The position numbers and the translations under genes were made by a program. The notes beneath the pieces are model-generated. The model saw nothing but the letters and a program-made list of their open reading frames with translations. It had not been told where the DNA came from and did no database searches. A stretch of DNA of 62,313 nucleotides, counting the filler, from Sphacelaria rigidula (taxonomy: Eukaryota), in assembly GCA_964200075.2 (NCBI GenBank). It is 7 parts of 7 records of this genome, joined end to end, with 100 filler letters (N's around TTAATTAATTAA, not from the genome) between each part and the next. Parts side by side here need not be neighbours in the genome. Positions count along the whole stretch, not along the records: positions 1 to 8,818 come from CAXNAA020010028.1; positions 8,919 to 17,736 come from CAXNAA020010029.1; 5 more parts are not named here. One strand, 5' to 3'. Below, piece after piece: positions 1 through 12,244 of the stretch (position 1 is the stretch's first letter; each line of letters opens with the position of its first letter).

Positions 1-1289
1 TTGGACCGCGGTGTTGGTAGTCGATCTGGACCACGAGTACTTTTCCCAAGTGAATATTGATGCCGATTCAGCAGGTGACCTACTCTCGCGGTCTGACGGT
101 CAAGCCCTGCTGCGGAGTTTGGGGGGGGGAGATACTTTCGCTCTGTGTTACTCTTTCGTATCTTCCCTGCACTAGAGAAATGGGACTTCAACCTCATTTT
201 ATGTTTCAACCCCAAAAATTAGGATCGGCTGTTTAATGCAGCCCGGGTAGGGTTCGAAGTCCAACACTGTCCCTGGGGGCTGTACAACAGTGTGCTTCAA
301 ATCATGTGGAAAGAAAGCGACCCCCTTCGGAGGGAACGTCCCGGCGCTAAGCACACAACATACAAATCACTTTCAAACCCAAGGCGGAAACAACCACCAG
401 GCAGTAAGATGACAAAGCGTTCGACATCAGCGCACTACGCTTTTTCCATCAGTGACCAGCGTACATGTCAGTGCGTTCTACTGCGTCCTAGCAGCGAACG
501 TGCGTCGGACTCCCCGTTGTTGGGCGATGGGTGTCCAGGTTAGGTGACAGTACAGTGCTTTGAGATGCCGACAAAAAACACTGAATTGCTGGAATGAGTG
601 CAGTTCGTCGTATTCGTAGTCTCGGGAAAATGGGGTTTTCAAATTTATTGGTATAGATACAACTTGACCGTATACCCCGGAATATCTTCCGCCCTGTGTT
701 TGCAGGCCGATCGAGAAGAGTGACCGTTCTCTCCTTTTCAGTCCGTGCGTGTGGCGTAAATTACTGTTCCGAGAAGGATCACACGACTTACTTGAATCCA
801 GTACGAAGCGGGGGATCATGTAGGCTAATAATATTTTGGATTGGAATTGGATGCGGATCATGGGCCAACTCGTCTATGTTGATGAGAAATTGCTTTTAGA
901 GCTCAAATCCATTTTTAGGCTGGCCCAGCTCGTTCTCTCCTGGCGATTCCAAAGCGAAATGGAGCAATCTGATCGGTAGTTACCGAGCATATATATCCCG
1001 CTCCAAATGCAGTCTGCCAAAACGTATGTGCGATCTAGGTGTACCACCCGCATCGCGGTCAAAGAGTTGAGAGTATACCGGTACTACAGATGATCGACGC
1101 TGGGGTGAGTGACACTTGTGCGTGTATTCGAGAGGGACAAGCTCAAGTCGAAGCGGACGGAGGCAACGGAGGTAGTACAGCGAACATGGCGGTGCCACTC
1201 TAATCAACACAACAGATGAAGAGAAGGGTATAAGCGGCAGCGCTTTTCTCAACATAATTCCTTTTGGTGGGAGGCACGACAGCTATTTT

Positions 1290-1475
1290 GACTGCTGCCG
1301 AGATAGCCCCCCCCCCCCCCTAAACCGGCCAAAAACGTGCACGGAGGCGATGATCATAACTGCCGTTAAAGCTGATTTCGTGCTGCACGATGCGACTGAT
1401 TTGGGCGTTGTAGCTGATTTCATACTGCTACACTCCTCTCATGTGGGCGAAATTGCTGCAAACGAGCCCAGTAGT
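1290..1475. repeat. Dispersed repeat shared in reverse orientation with 53500-53678; probably a degenerate retroelement
   Basis: gactgctgccgagatagcccccc...aaaaacgtgcacggag...gctgcaaacgagccca matches the reverse complement of 53500-53678. Confidence 0.7.
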
Positions 1476-4048
1476 GGGATCGCAGCCGGGTCGTTGGATG
1501 GTGCCGGTGCACTTCTTGTGGGGGGGCTATCTTTGGCATTAGTCTTGTCACTTTCGTCCTCCATGTCACCAACGCAGCGAAGCCTTGGGTGTATAGACAT
1601 TATGTCGTTACTTCAGCTGCGATACCCCGAAGCGCAGGTCCCAACAAGCAGTAAGAAAAACTTCTCATTCTCGATGGTAGCAAGCAGCTAATGCATACTG
1701 TATACAGTCCGTGTTCAGGTTTCGAAAAGTTCTAAAAACACTGTAGGACTCATGTGTTGTCTTCATTGTAATACTCTGTACTGCTGTATATATACACATA
1801 TATACATACTGTAGGATTCGCGTATTTCAACAGGAGGGATCCAAGTATCTGGAAGGGGTCACGTTTTGGGCAGGTTCTTGGAAAGTTCTGATTGGTTCTA
1901 AAAATACATTCTGAAAAAACGAAACACTTTTCTGTCACAGAAATCCGATGCTGAATTTGAAATGGCCCGAGACAACAGCCAATTGGAAAATTGGAAAAGT
2001 ACGCCAGGATTATTAGTTCAATGTGCAAGGGGTATCTCGAATGAATCTGCGAACGGGGATGCCCTGACCCATTTTCCTGTGCATCTGGAATCCTCAGGGG
2101 CCCTTGAACCAGACAAGATTAATATTTTGTGCAAAAGGTGCACCCCTACCTTGGCATTCGCAAAAATATTGTTTCATGGCTTCAGAGGTGAAACAGTTTC
2201 TTACGCGACAAGCACATCGACTACCACATACCCAATGAGAAGAAAAAAAGGAGTAAATATATTGCAACTCGGCTATTTGAACACACCACTTGTACTGGGT
2301 AAAAACTCTCACCCTCGAACCGCACGGAAAGCGAGGCACCAAACCGCGACTTGCTCCCAACAGGAATAAAGGAGCATATTGGGAGAGAGACCCTGTGACC
2401 ACAATTTCCCGTGCCTATTTACTCATGAAGGATGATATCTCGACGTTCACATCCTGGGAAATATATATTTTTTCTTCATCTTTCGCCCAAATGCGCCCAG
2501 CGGGGCTGATATCTCCCGCTTTTTCTAGCGGATGAGAGGCAATCCAGACATACATACAGGCATCGAAAATGCCCACCCTCACGATGACCTTGTACCAAAG
2601 AAAGCGTGATCAATGCGCGGGGCAAATTTACACAAGTCGCTATTCCCTGAACTACACTACAGCATACCCTATTCCAAAGGATCACATCGTCTCATGCGTT
2701 ACAGCGCAGCCTCCAAGATACGAAGCTTTCGAGTGCCGGCACTACTACAGAAGGTACACGTTCTATTAAATAGTTGCCGATTAATTTCTACCCAATCCTT
2801 GAAAAAGCGGTTTTGTCAAGCTCGACAAAGCAGGGTGGCTCAAGTTACACAGAAGGTCTGCATTTAAGTTGCCTCAAACATCTCCATGAAGATGCCATAG
2901 TTCGAACAACCAAGTAGTTCGGCTCGATACATCCCCACTTGCCATCATTTAGAGACAGTACATCTTTTATACTCTTTGAAGGAGGAAACCTCACCCCATT
3001 TCAATTCACGGTGTGTCGGGTCCTTTTTGCCTCTGCTTCGTTTCCGACACGCTTATTTGACTTTCTTGCTTTTTAGTCATCAACGGAAATATCAGCCAGG
3101 CGCCCCCCCCAGGTAAAAATCACAACCATAACCACAGCTACTGCTGAACGCTTCTCGCGATAACAGAGAGTTTCGGAAAACACTCATTTGTCATTTCAGA
3201 GTGCAAATATCGCAGGATCAGAGTGCAGAGTGAAGAAAAAACTCATCGAAACAAAGGTGAGGGGGTATGACATTCGAAGGAGAGAGGAACAACTTTTCTT
3301 TACACTCTGATCCTGAGATTCTTACACTTTAAAATGATGAAAAATCGTGTTCCGAAACTCTCCAACAAGTAAGGCGAGCATGGTAGAAGGAAGGTGGAGT
3401 ACTAAGAGCAAATAAACATACGCCAGTGTGGACCTTCCTCCTGTGTGACCCCGGCGGATGCACCCACATGTACCGAAAGATGTATATTGGCGTCCAGAAT
3501 AAACGGGATGGCAAACACAACACACAGCTTACACACTGCTACCGACTACTGTCATTCCGAGCACCGGCCGCCAGCCCCGCCCAATAGCTGTCGATAGCCT
3601 CCCTCATCAAGTGTGCGGTAAAACACGCCTGCTGGAAGTAAACTTTCCCATCTTCCGGTGACACCATGACTGCAGGCCGTGCCCCCAAGGCGTAGGAACA
3701 CCAAACCGGCTGTATCAAGTCGCTGTATGGATTTCCTGGGAGATAGTCCGGTAAAATCACCTGCTTGGGTTCGTCAGACGAGGGTGATACTTGTGGTGAG
3801 CGTACGACATTCTTATTTCCTTCTTTACATCCTCGAGTCAACGGTGTGTTGGGTAGGGTGAATACCCGGGTATTACTTACTCTCCCGAATTTCGTGTCCA
3901 CCGTGGTCCGATCTTCAAACTAGAGCTACCCAAATATTGGGTGAAGGTAGGTACGATTTTACTACTTTACTCAATTTCTAGATTGTGTTCGAATTCGATT
4001 TTCATGTCATCTATCCAAATTTTGGGCGCTCGGGCTACTCCTCATGTC

Positions 4049-4490
4049 AACACAGCATCTTACCAATTGGGGATGGGTCTTTCGTTGGGGATGAGAACCC
4101 GGAGGATTAAAATCTTTGTATCCACATCAAATCTTCGGAATATGGTTCCATTCCTTCACCTACTGATAGCTAGTGACAACTGCTACACGCCATAGAAATT
4201 TGGATTCCACTCACCGAAGTGCTGGGGTCTTAGATGAAAAACCAATTTCGGAACCATTTTAGCGTCCGTTCGGACACCCGGAACTCACCAAAATTGGTTT
4301 TTCCCCGAGGACCACAACACTTCGATGATCGAAATCCAAATTTCTACGGCATGTAGCAGTTGCCAATAGCTATCAGTAGGTCAAGAAATGGAATCATATT
4401 TTGAAGACTTGGTGTGGACACGAAGATTTTAATCCTCCGGGTTCTCATCCCCAGTAAAAGATCCATCCCCAATTTGTAAGATCCCGTGTT
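4049..4490. mobile_element. Fold-back MITE-like element, almost entirely an imperfect inverted repeat
   Basis: aacacagcatcttaccaattggggatgg...ggggatgagaacccggaggattaaaatct pairs with agattttaatcctccgggttctcatcccc...ccatccccaatttgtaagatcccgtgtt; arms about 200 bp. Confidence 0.8.
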
Positions 4491-4928
4491 TATATCAAAA
4501 GGTAAAACTTGTTGAAAAGTGCATTTTTGACTCTTCTCCGTCGTTTTTAGCCCAAAACAAGGGTTGCAGCCGCCGTGGGATGACTTGCTCTACTCGCTGA
4601 GACGGTTCCAGAGCACCTTGACGCTTCCAGTAGGTTATGGTTTCATTTTCGGCCAAGCTTGGATTTTCAGTAACAGACGGTCAAGTTACCAAAAAATGTC
4701 AGTATTCCCCCTGCTTTCAGATAACTTGACCGCTTGTTATCGAAAATGCAAGTTTGGCCAAAAACGAATCCATGACTTACGAGAAACGCAAAGGTGCTCT
4801 GGAACCGTCTCAGCGAGTGAAGCAAGTCATGCCAAGGTGTCAACAGCCACCTAGCCCTCGTTTCGGGGGGAACCAACGGAGGAGGGCCAAAAATGTACTT
4901 TTCAACAAGTTTTACTTCTTGATACATA
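4491..4928. mobile_element. Fold-back MITE, internally related to the element at 7836-8307
   Basis: tatcaaaaggtaaaacttgttgaaaagt pairs with acttttcaacaagttttacttcttgata; ctcgctgagacggttccagagcacc pairs with ggtgctctggaaccgtctcagcgag; shares atgacttgctctactcg with 7836-8307. Confidence 0.8.
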
Positions 4929-6547
4929 AGAAGTAGCCTTATAGTAGGTGTACCGACTTTTCAAAATACTGAAATGTAGAAAACAAACGACTGTACCTAC
5001 TCAACACGCCCTCTTCTATTGATTGACGTTCCGAAATTCAACGAACCTTGCAAATAACTCAAGGTTAGACCGCAGTGTACCAAAAGAAAGACGGCCAGGA
5101 TAGAGACAATTAAAGTCGGCTCCAAAATTCACCGAACCGCGGCAAATCGGCTGTTAATTTCACCGAACCCAGAAACCCGGGAAATCGAATCTAAGAAACA
5201 CAGAAACGCCGACGAACAAAGCGCCCTGCGGAAGGCTGCAAACTGGCAACAACAACCGCAGCGTCTATGATTGTTGTTGATTGGAATCACGTTGATATTA
5301 CCCACGCATATGTCACGCTTACACGAGCCATTCAGACGCCTCTATGGTGTCAGAAAATATAATCGTGTAACCGTTTGAACGTGGTGCGTTGCACATACAC
5401 AAGAAAGGCTGCGATTGCCAAATAATAGACAACCCAGAAAGAGACAAGAAAAAAGAGAAAACTGCGAGTGAAAGATTCACCCAACTCCGAGAAAATGACG
5501 CATTTGTTTCGTTGTTGTTGCATACGCTCTTACTCATTGATTGTGTGGTGTGTTATCCAACAGTACTCAAGAGGGCTCCTCAGCAAACAAACGACCTCCC
5601 GCGATTTACGCTGGTTACACACCAACTATTATAGTGTGGATTCGAACTTTCCTGCTCCGCCCAACCCGGGCGGTGACGGACCGATGATGTACAAATGTCA
5701 CCACGTTGGTGAAATTGAACGGGTTAATCCATGGTTGACACCACACCCTGAATGATGGCAAATTTATTACGTCGTCAGAAAGTGCGCTGCATATAGTATC
5801 GACTATTGCGTCTGTTGAAATCGACAACAGATTCCATAATCTATGTAGTGAACTTTTTTTGTCGACGTCACATGCTGTACAGGTTGTGATCCATTTTCAA
5901 GAAGCGAGAAGCAAAGCGCGCTGGAGTGCGGGAAGCGGCAATGCTTGTTCGCACAAGTCATACTCCACTCTACCGTGACTTGCACCGACCCCTTCCCCAC
6001 GGGACTGATTTGAACATTGCATCACTTTTACTACTCTCGTAATAAACCTAACCCTTCCATTTTGTGAAAGGGAGAAATAGTGCGGAGGGTGTGCACCACA
6101 CGGGGCGGGGAGGTATGAAAAGGACAACTATTAATAGCAAGAATCTGATGCCACTCTGTTCGGTGACTGAGCGACCGAAAGCTAACCCTGAGCCAGCGTC
6201 GAACCTCTCAAAACGTTCGTGGTGTTTATCCCAGACATTTCTTCTCCACATCCCTACAAGAAGCGAGCGGCCTTACCCTGGAAAGGGGGGCATCGATTAA
6301 TAATTACCAGCTACTGAATCACCTGCTGAACCCTGTGCGCAGCTCCTGCGGGGGAGAAGTAGACGGGTGGTGTGGCTACAGTGGCTACCTACACACACAA
6401 TACAAATCGCAGTCTTCACTGTTACTTCGTAGCGTCATGCTTGTAGTTCGGCACAATGTCCCGTGGATCAGTAAAAAAACATTTGATCGCTGGGGCCTGA
6501 AAATCAAAACCGGTCACCCGTATGGAGAAGCAATTTGTGATTCGACA

Positions 6548-6581
6548 TGTTGTTGTAGTTGTTGCTGCTGCTGCTGCTGCT
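6548..6581. repeat. (TGT/TGC)n microsatellite; other short microsatellites at 16341-16361 (CAA), 20552-20580 (TTG), 36978-37000 (GAC), 58517-58541 (CTG)
   Basis: Seen directly. Confidence 0.9.
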
Positions 6582-7319
6582 TGTCTCCACATTGAAAATC
6601 GTTCCGATATCTGCCACCCCCTGGACAAGAGCATATACTGTAAAGAAGTGTACTGTGTACAGTATTGACTATTGCGCCTCTTGCAGCAGACAAGATTGCA
6701 TACTGCACGCAGTACATTTGTTTACAAAAGAATGTATTGTCCATGGTGTGATGTCTGCACAGTACTCTGTACTGCGCATCTAATGCGGACGCCTTCCTTG
6801 GTCACAGGCTAACTACCCCAATCTAGGGTAAAAGAAAATCATAACATGGCACGAAGAAATAACGGTCCCTTCAAGAAACGGATGTTTTGGCATACTTCTG
6901 TTCTTCGTGTCATCTTGACATCAAAAGCCCTTCCGATATCTGTGTTCGTCGTGCTCCGTACTTGGCATCTAATGCGGACGCCGTCTATGGTCACAGGCTT
7001 GCCACCCAAAATGAGGTATAAGAAGTACCAAGAGTAAAATAAAATTGGACCAAGAAAAATTCACACGGGTGCAATACGATGTAAAGAGGAATACTGCTAG
7101 TCTCATACGTTCCGGTCCCACAGGCGGAAATTCGCATTACTGGGAGGAGAGCCCAACATTTCCCCTCGACATGCAAAGCAAGCAGAAGTGGAGCCAAACT
7201 CGGGAACCAAAGATGACCAACCTAGCCATAAGAATATCATCTACTACATCAATTTATTTCACGCACAAACCCTACTTTAACTTCGTGGAATTCATGAACG
7301 TCTGCCCCCCTCCCATCTC

Positions 7320-8341
7320 CAAACGGGTGGTTGAGAGAGGGGATAGGGATGAAAGCATTATTTACATGGCCCAAAGGGCGCTGCGAAAAATATGAAACCA
7401 CTATTTCGGGTGGGGGACCTAGACCTGCCAGAAAGAAGGAAGGAGATATACCAGTCGTCGAAAGGAGGAGGGGGTAGATAGACAGAACCTCCTCTGTGGC
7501 AAAGGAATAGAGAGCACAAGTCGTATAGTGGCAGAATGTGAACTACACAAGGAGGAACGGGATGTGCTAGGGGGGGAGATGCGAGACGTGAACGAAGGTG
7601 GCATGAAATCGTTTGATGCATTAGACAGTACAGTAGGGAGCAAACCATGGCTATACTAGGAGATAGATGGTGGCCACAGACGGCGAAACAGGACGGGGAA
7701 AAGATATGTAAAAGTTTTTGTGTATAATCTATGGAAGAAATGTAATGAGCGCTGGAATGTTGAAGGTGTCTCTAATAGGAGTAGGAACGGTGCTTCGTCT
7801 CGAAAGGGATTCGTGGTCAATGGTCAAACGACTAAGGCCAATTCTAACGGCACCCGTTCAAAATTCCTCTTCAAAACTGCCTTTTTGGCCCTCCTCCGTC
7901 GATTTACGCCCGAAAAGAGGGCTAGGCGGATGTTGACGCCTTAGCATGACTTGCTCTACTCGTTGAGGCCGTTCTAGGGCAACTTTTGCATTTCCCGCTG
8001 GCCGCACTTGTGTTTTTAGCCAAATGGGGCGAGATACGGTTTTTCAATAAAAAGTAGTCAGGTCATCAAAATTTCCCCCTGTTTTCTGATCGCTTGACCG
8101 TTTTTTGTTTGAAATCCGTGTTTGACCAAAAATGAAAGTGCGGCCAGCGGGAATTGCAAGGTTGCCCTGGAACGGCCTCAATGAGTAGAGCAAGTTATTC
8201 CGAGGTGTCAACATCCGTCTGCCCTCTTTTCAGGCGTAAAACGACAGAGAGGGGACAAAGAGGCAATTTTGAACAGGAATTCTAAACGGCTCGCATTAGA
8301 GTCGGTCTAAGGCAAGCAATAAATGAGTACGCCCCCCCCCC
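7320..8341 (+). mobile_element. 5'-truncated, degenerate LINE 3' end (family A tail), interrupted by a MITE
   Basis: Frameshifted translation FRVGDLDLPERRK/RYTSRRKEEGVDRQNLLCGKGIESTSRIVAECELHKEERDVL resembles the C-terminal Cys/His knuckle region of LINE ORF2; followed by the recurrent tail cgtctcgaaaggga...gtggtcaatggtcaaacgactaaggcaagcaa.aaatgagtacg-(C)n. Confidence 0.7.
7836..8307. mobile_element. PIF/Harbinger (Tourist-like) fold-back MITE with TAA target-site duplication
   Basis: Ends GGCCAATTCTAA / TTAGAGTCGGTC; TAA at 7833-7835 and 8308-8310; removing it restores the family A tail seen intact at 26754 and 55012; long internal inverted arms. Confidence 0.88.
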
Positions 8342-8492
8342 GCTCCCCAAATCTAGTATGTTTTTTTACCCTTCAACCCTTTTGGAACCCACTGACGATT
8401 CCTGTTTTTGTGAATCGGCATCATTTTCATCTGAAAGGGGTAGGTGAGACGCTTGGTGTCGTCCTTTGGGGGGGGAGAGCACGCGCGCGTCA

Positions 8493-8574
8493 GGGGGGGC
8501 GGGGGGCGTACTCATTTGTTGCTTGCCTTAGTCGTGTGACCATTGACCACGCATCCCTTTCGAGACGGAGCACT
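8493..8574 (-). mobile_element. Family A non-LTR 3' tail copy; other copies at 17893-17943(-), 26754-26811(+), 35670-35738(-), 55012-55097(+)
   Basis: gtgctccgtctcgaaagggatgcgtggtcaatggtcacacgactaaggcaagcaacaaatgagtacg followed by a C-run; variable 5' truncation, constant 3' end. Confidence 0.85.
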
Positions 8575-8818
8575 GGGGAGGCGGGGGTGTACTCATCATC
8601 ATGCATGCCATAGTCATAAGACCTTTGACCTCGCATCCCTACAAAGCCGGGACGGAGCACGCCGGGTTTCCGCCGGACCAGGCTCGCACTCAAACCACCA
8701 AGCGCGAAGCGCTCGGCGAGTCGCATGAAGGGTGAGCTGCATCCTGCTAAGGTTGTTCGGCCCGAAGCCTACTGATTATCTTGCATTTGGGTGACAGCCG
8801 ACAAGGAGTTGCTTTATT
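8575..8818 (-). mobile_element. Family B non-LTR element (LINE-derived or SINE-like) with a tail homologous to family A; copies at 8919-8975, 27615-27690, 28335-28633, 45210-45300(-), 53255-53399, 62250-62298
   Basis: Shared aataaagcaactc...gggccgaacaa.cttagca...agctcacccttca...gcctggtccggcg.aaacccggcgtgctccgtcccggctt.gtagggatg.gaggtcaa.ggt...atgagtaca-(C)n. Confidence 0.8.
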
Positions 8819-8918
8819 NNNNNNNNNNNNNNNNNNNNNNNNNNNNNNNNNNNNNNNNNNNNTTAATTAATTAANNNNNNNNNNNNNNNNNNNNNNNNNN
8901 NNNNNNNNNNNNNNNNNN
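8819..8918. other. Artificial contig spacer (44N + TTAATTAATTAA + 44N); identical spacers at 17737-17836, 26654-26753, 35570-35669, 44485-44584, 53400-53499
   Basis: Six identical 100-nt spacers with an all-frame stop linker; the pieces between them are 8818, 8818, 8817, 8816, 8815, 8815 and 8814 bp. Confidence 0.98.
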
Positions 8919-9184
8919 TTGTAGGGATGCGAGGCAATGGTCATATGACTGTGGCATGCAAGATCATGAGTTAGCGATGCGCATATGGGAGTTCAAAATT
9001 CGCCGCCTGTCGGTACCGTTATGGAGAAACTCCGAATCGCCACAACGATGGACTTTTTGTGGCCGTAGAGGCAGTTTTCAAGCGTTACGAAACTACTTAG
9101 TTGTTATTATGGCATTAGAATTTTAACGTGAATTCTCCAGTTTAAGCGGGTATGAACCAACGTGGGGATGTGGAATGTTTCAGC

Positions 9185-9440
9185 GGTCGGACGGAAAATG
9201 ATGAGTCTGATGATCATTTGCCTTGAATGTAATTGATTCGTATCGTACGAATCAATCCTTGGGCTTTTTTTCCAAAGTTGCACCCTCAGGTATATGTACC
9301 TCAGGCACGTGGAATAGCAAAAATGCTACTTACTCGTAGAGACTGTTGTTACCCGCGGTCAACTTTTCTTCCCTCATTCGAGCAATCAGGCCTGAGGAAT
9401 TGCAGATGTGGTGATTCGAACCAGCAATGATCCGTCTTAC
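9185..9440 (-). repeat. Unclassified dispersed repeat; copies at 18945-19205(+) and 41223-41482(+)
   Basis: Shared cggttcggacgaatca..gccggttcgaat...gattgctcgaa...gggttgcaacgctgaaaaca...ggattgatt.gtacg..cgaa blocks. Confidence 0.75.
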
Positions 9441-10014
9441 CTTGGAAGAATTCTGAAAATATCACCAAAGGCACCACGTTTTGTCAATATTCTGTTGAAT
9501 TTCGGGCAAGTAGCCGTTTGCATAGCTGATGGGACCCTAACGCAACAGTAAAAGTGGACTGGGCTCCTATTGGCGAGGTGATGCGTAGTGTCACGCGCAT
9601 CTTCTTTGCCTATCTCGTCACTCCTTCAAAACGTCTTCCTTCTTGGCACGGATTCGTGGTTTCTCAAGGGGTCGACGCATCTCAGCATTGGTAGGGGAAC
9701 ACGCTTTTTTTTTAACCCGTCTCCCTTCTCGAGACGAGTCCGTGGTCTCTAAGGGATCGATGCAATCTCGTCCCTGGTCGAGAGCACGCTTTGCATTTCG
9801 GTACAAACCCGGGGATTGGATCGGTAGTCACGCACGCACGCACTCAGTGTGTCGCCTCTCGCCAAAACATTATGTGTTCTATATTTTTTACTCGCGTCTT
9901 CAGAAACTTCTCAATGAAGGAAAGAAAATGATGTAAATGATGTAAGTGATGTAAAAAGAAAATTGCATCTGCAAAAAATCGAAACCCGTACTATTCCGAC
10001 CTCCCCCCCCTGTC

Positions 10015-10180
10015 TTTCCTTCAAGGAAGAAGAACACCTCACCCCAACATTTACCCCGCGAACGGGTTCTCGTGCTGACTGATTACCCGGAGGCTCGGTT
10101 AGACCACCTCGCGGCAGTCATGTGTGTTAGACGCCTCGAGCGTTCGGAAAGCTTCACTCACGGCAGTGATGAAATGGATT
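10015..10180 (+). repeat. Unclassified dispersed repeat; copies at 20712-20950 and 42298-42500
   Basis: Shared gattacccggaggctcgg...cctcgcggcagt.atgtg...cgcct.gagcg. Confidence 0.7.
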
Positions 10181-10811
10181 GATTGATTGATTGTCGCACT
10201 TTAACCGACCCCCCTGTGACCGATCCAGCCGTGGTCACATGGTCGACTTACCCGAGATAAATGGGAAGTGAAACAATTGCTGAAGAACAAACAAAAAAAC
10301 ATGAAAGCTAGAGCAGAACAGAGTAGACCAACATAAAAGAAGAAGAATAAATAAGTGAAGATAGTTGGAAGAAGAGAAATGGCTTGCCTCTGCCACAGGG
10401 CTCCGGAAAAAAAAAATTGCGCGGAACCACACTCATACCCAGTTATAAAACGCAAAAGGTAGCATGGGAGTTGAACCGACTAAACCCCCCCCCGGTCAAC
10501 TTTGCAAACGGCACCCGCCGCCCTACTCTCATGAGCTTCGGCACTAGGCCCGATCTAACTTCTTATAGTTGTAAGCGTTGACCATGGGACAATCGGGGCG
10601 CGGCGGCCATGCGGTCAAAATGTTTCGTGTTCCGGGTCGAAAGCGGTGTCGAATGTCCCAACACTCAAAACCTCCTATCGAGAAATCATTATGCATCCCT
10701 ATGATAAGGGGCCATTGATTGCCGCACATTAACTGCTCCGCAAGGAAACCAGCCGTGGACATGTATAATGGCCGAGGTACGGGGCTGTTTGAGGTTAAAC
10801 TTCCTCAAATA

Positions 10812-11113
10812 CACTCATCCGCAAAACCTCACGCCGCTTTTTGGAGTCGGACTCTGAAAATTTGCACACATGTACCCTAGGTTATTATCAAGTTCAAATC
10901 TTGAAATTTTAATTATTTCGCTGGTTATTGGAGATCCCAGGATTTTTCGGGGAATTTTTTGGATCACCTGCCGTTATTGAACTCCCGATAACCGGCGAAA
11001 TTAGAGGAAAATAAAACTTCGTCCTTGCGCAAAAATGCAATGACCTCAAGTACATGTGTGCATTTTTTCAGAGTCTAACTCCCAAAACCGGTGGGAGGTT
11101 TTGCGGATGAGTG
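10812..11113. mobile_element. MITE-like element with ~75-bp imperfect terminal inverted repeats
   Basis: cactcatccgcaaaacctc...ggagtcggactctgaaaatttgcacacatgtac pairs with gtacatgtgtgcatttttcagagtctaactcc...gaggttttgcggatgagtg. Confidence 0.75.
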
Positions 11114-12105
11114 CGCGGGAGCGTACAGTGCTGAAACAAGCTTCCCACTAGTTGAATTTGGTGTAGAACGCTTTTTTCGACGACAGAACGATCCCCTTGC
11201 ACCAGTTTCCGGGTTTCGCGAGCGATTATCCAGCATGTGACCTTTGGACTTTCCCGGTACCAACGGATGTACAAATTGCTTTGAGGCGTTCAGTACCGGC
11301 TTCCGGGGGACTCCACGCCTGGACCTCCCGGAGGCCGATAAAGAGCGGAGGAACTTCGAAATATCCTCCAACGATAACTTGCACCAATACCATCGACCTG
11401 CCGAGTTCGAGGGTTGTCTGAGCTCGCCTATGACACATGTGAGGGAAAACGTCTGGAGGCTCTCTGGGTCTTCTAGTGCAAATCATCGGTGGAAATGCGA
11501 CGACGCCAAAATTCCACGTCACCGACATACCACGGTTTTGAGTATATTTTGATCCCATAGTAACCGTTTTTAAATGTGTTTCTGTGAGATATGGCGGCTA
11601 CTACGATTTGAAGCATGCCCACAGAGGGTAAACATGGAGTTAGAACATTATATACTTCATTTCACAACAATTCAAAAGCCGCTGATTGGTCGAGGTATAT
11701 TTTCGTCCTTATCGCCACTGTCATGGCCTTGAACACAAATCCGAATACGTCACCTTCTTGAGTTGTCCATGGCGGTCAGTGTAAGACCCATGTATGTGAC
11801 TAATGGATAAAACACTGTGGAAGGCACTCGCTGATGGATAGATTTTAGGCGTTCACGCTGCACGACCAACCTGTAAATGTAAACAAACCGGAAACGCTCG
11901 CTCAAGAAAAATAAGAGTGAAAAAAGCGAAGTACAGAACAAGCGAAAGGAGTAAACTGAAACAAAAACACCAACACACACAAAATATAGAGAGGAACAAA
12001 ACAAGGACGAAGCGAAGCGAGGCAGGATAGAAGCGATACAAGGGCATTGCATGACTCTCATCTCTGCTTTTCCCACCGGTTATGTGCCATCATCCAAAAA
12101 TTCAG

Positions 12106-12244
12106 GGTGCTGCGAGTCGTAAACCCCAAGCCATACATGGTGATGCAAATAGAGGTGGGCATACCAGATGAGCCTCCCGTCGAGGGGGAGGGGTCACAGT
12201 GGGGCGTGCCGGAGGGTACTACGCTCGAGGATCTCGAGATGCAG
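12106..12244 (+). CDS. Internal exon of a Lon protease N-terminal (substrate-binding) domain protein
   Basis: ttcag| ... |gtcggt; (R)VLRVVNPKPYMVMQIEVGIPDEPP...LEDLEMQ resembles the RF.V......PY segment of Lon-N domains; phase 0 join to the next exon. Confidence 0.75.

Noticed and set aside
1950-3000. Run of + strand ORFs that look like decayed coding sequence
   Set aside because: No recognisable motif or consistent splice model
8863-8874. TTAATTAATTAA palindrome recurring every ~8.9 kb
   Set aside because: Assembly linker embedded in N runs, not biological periodicity
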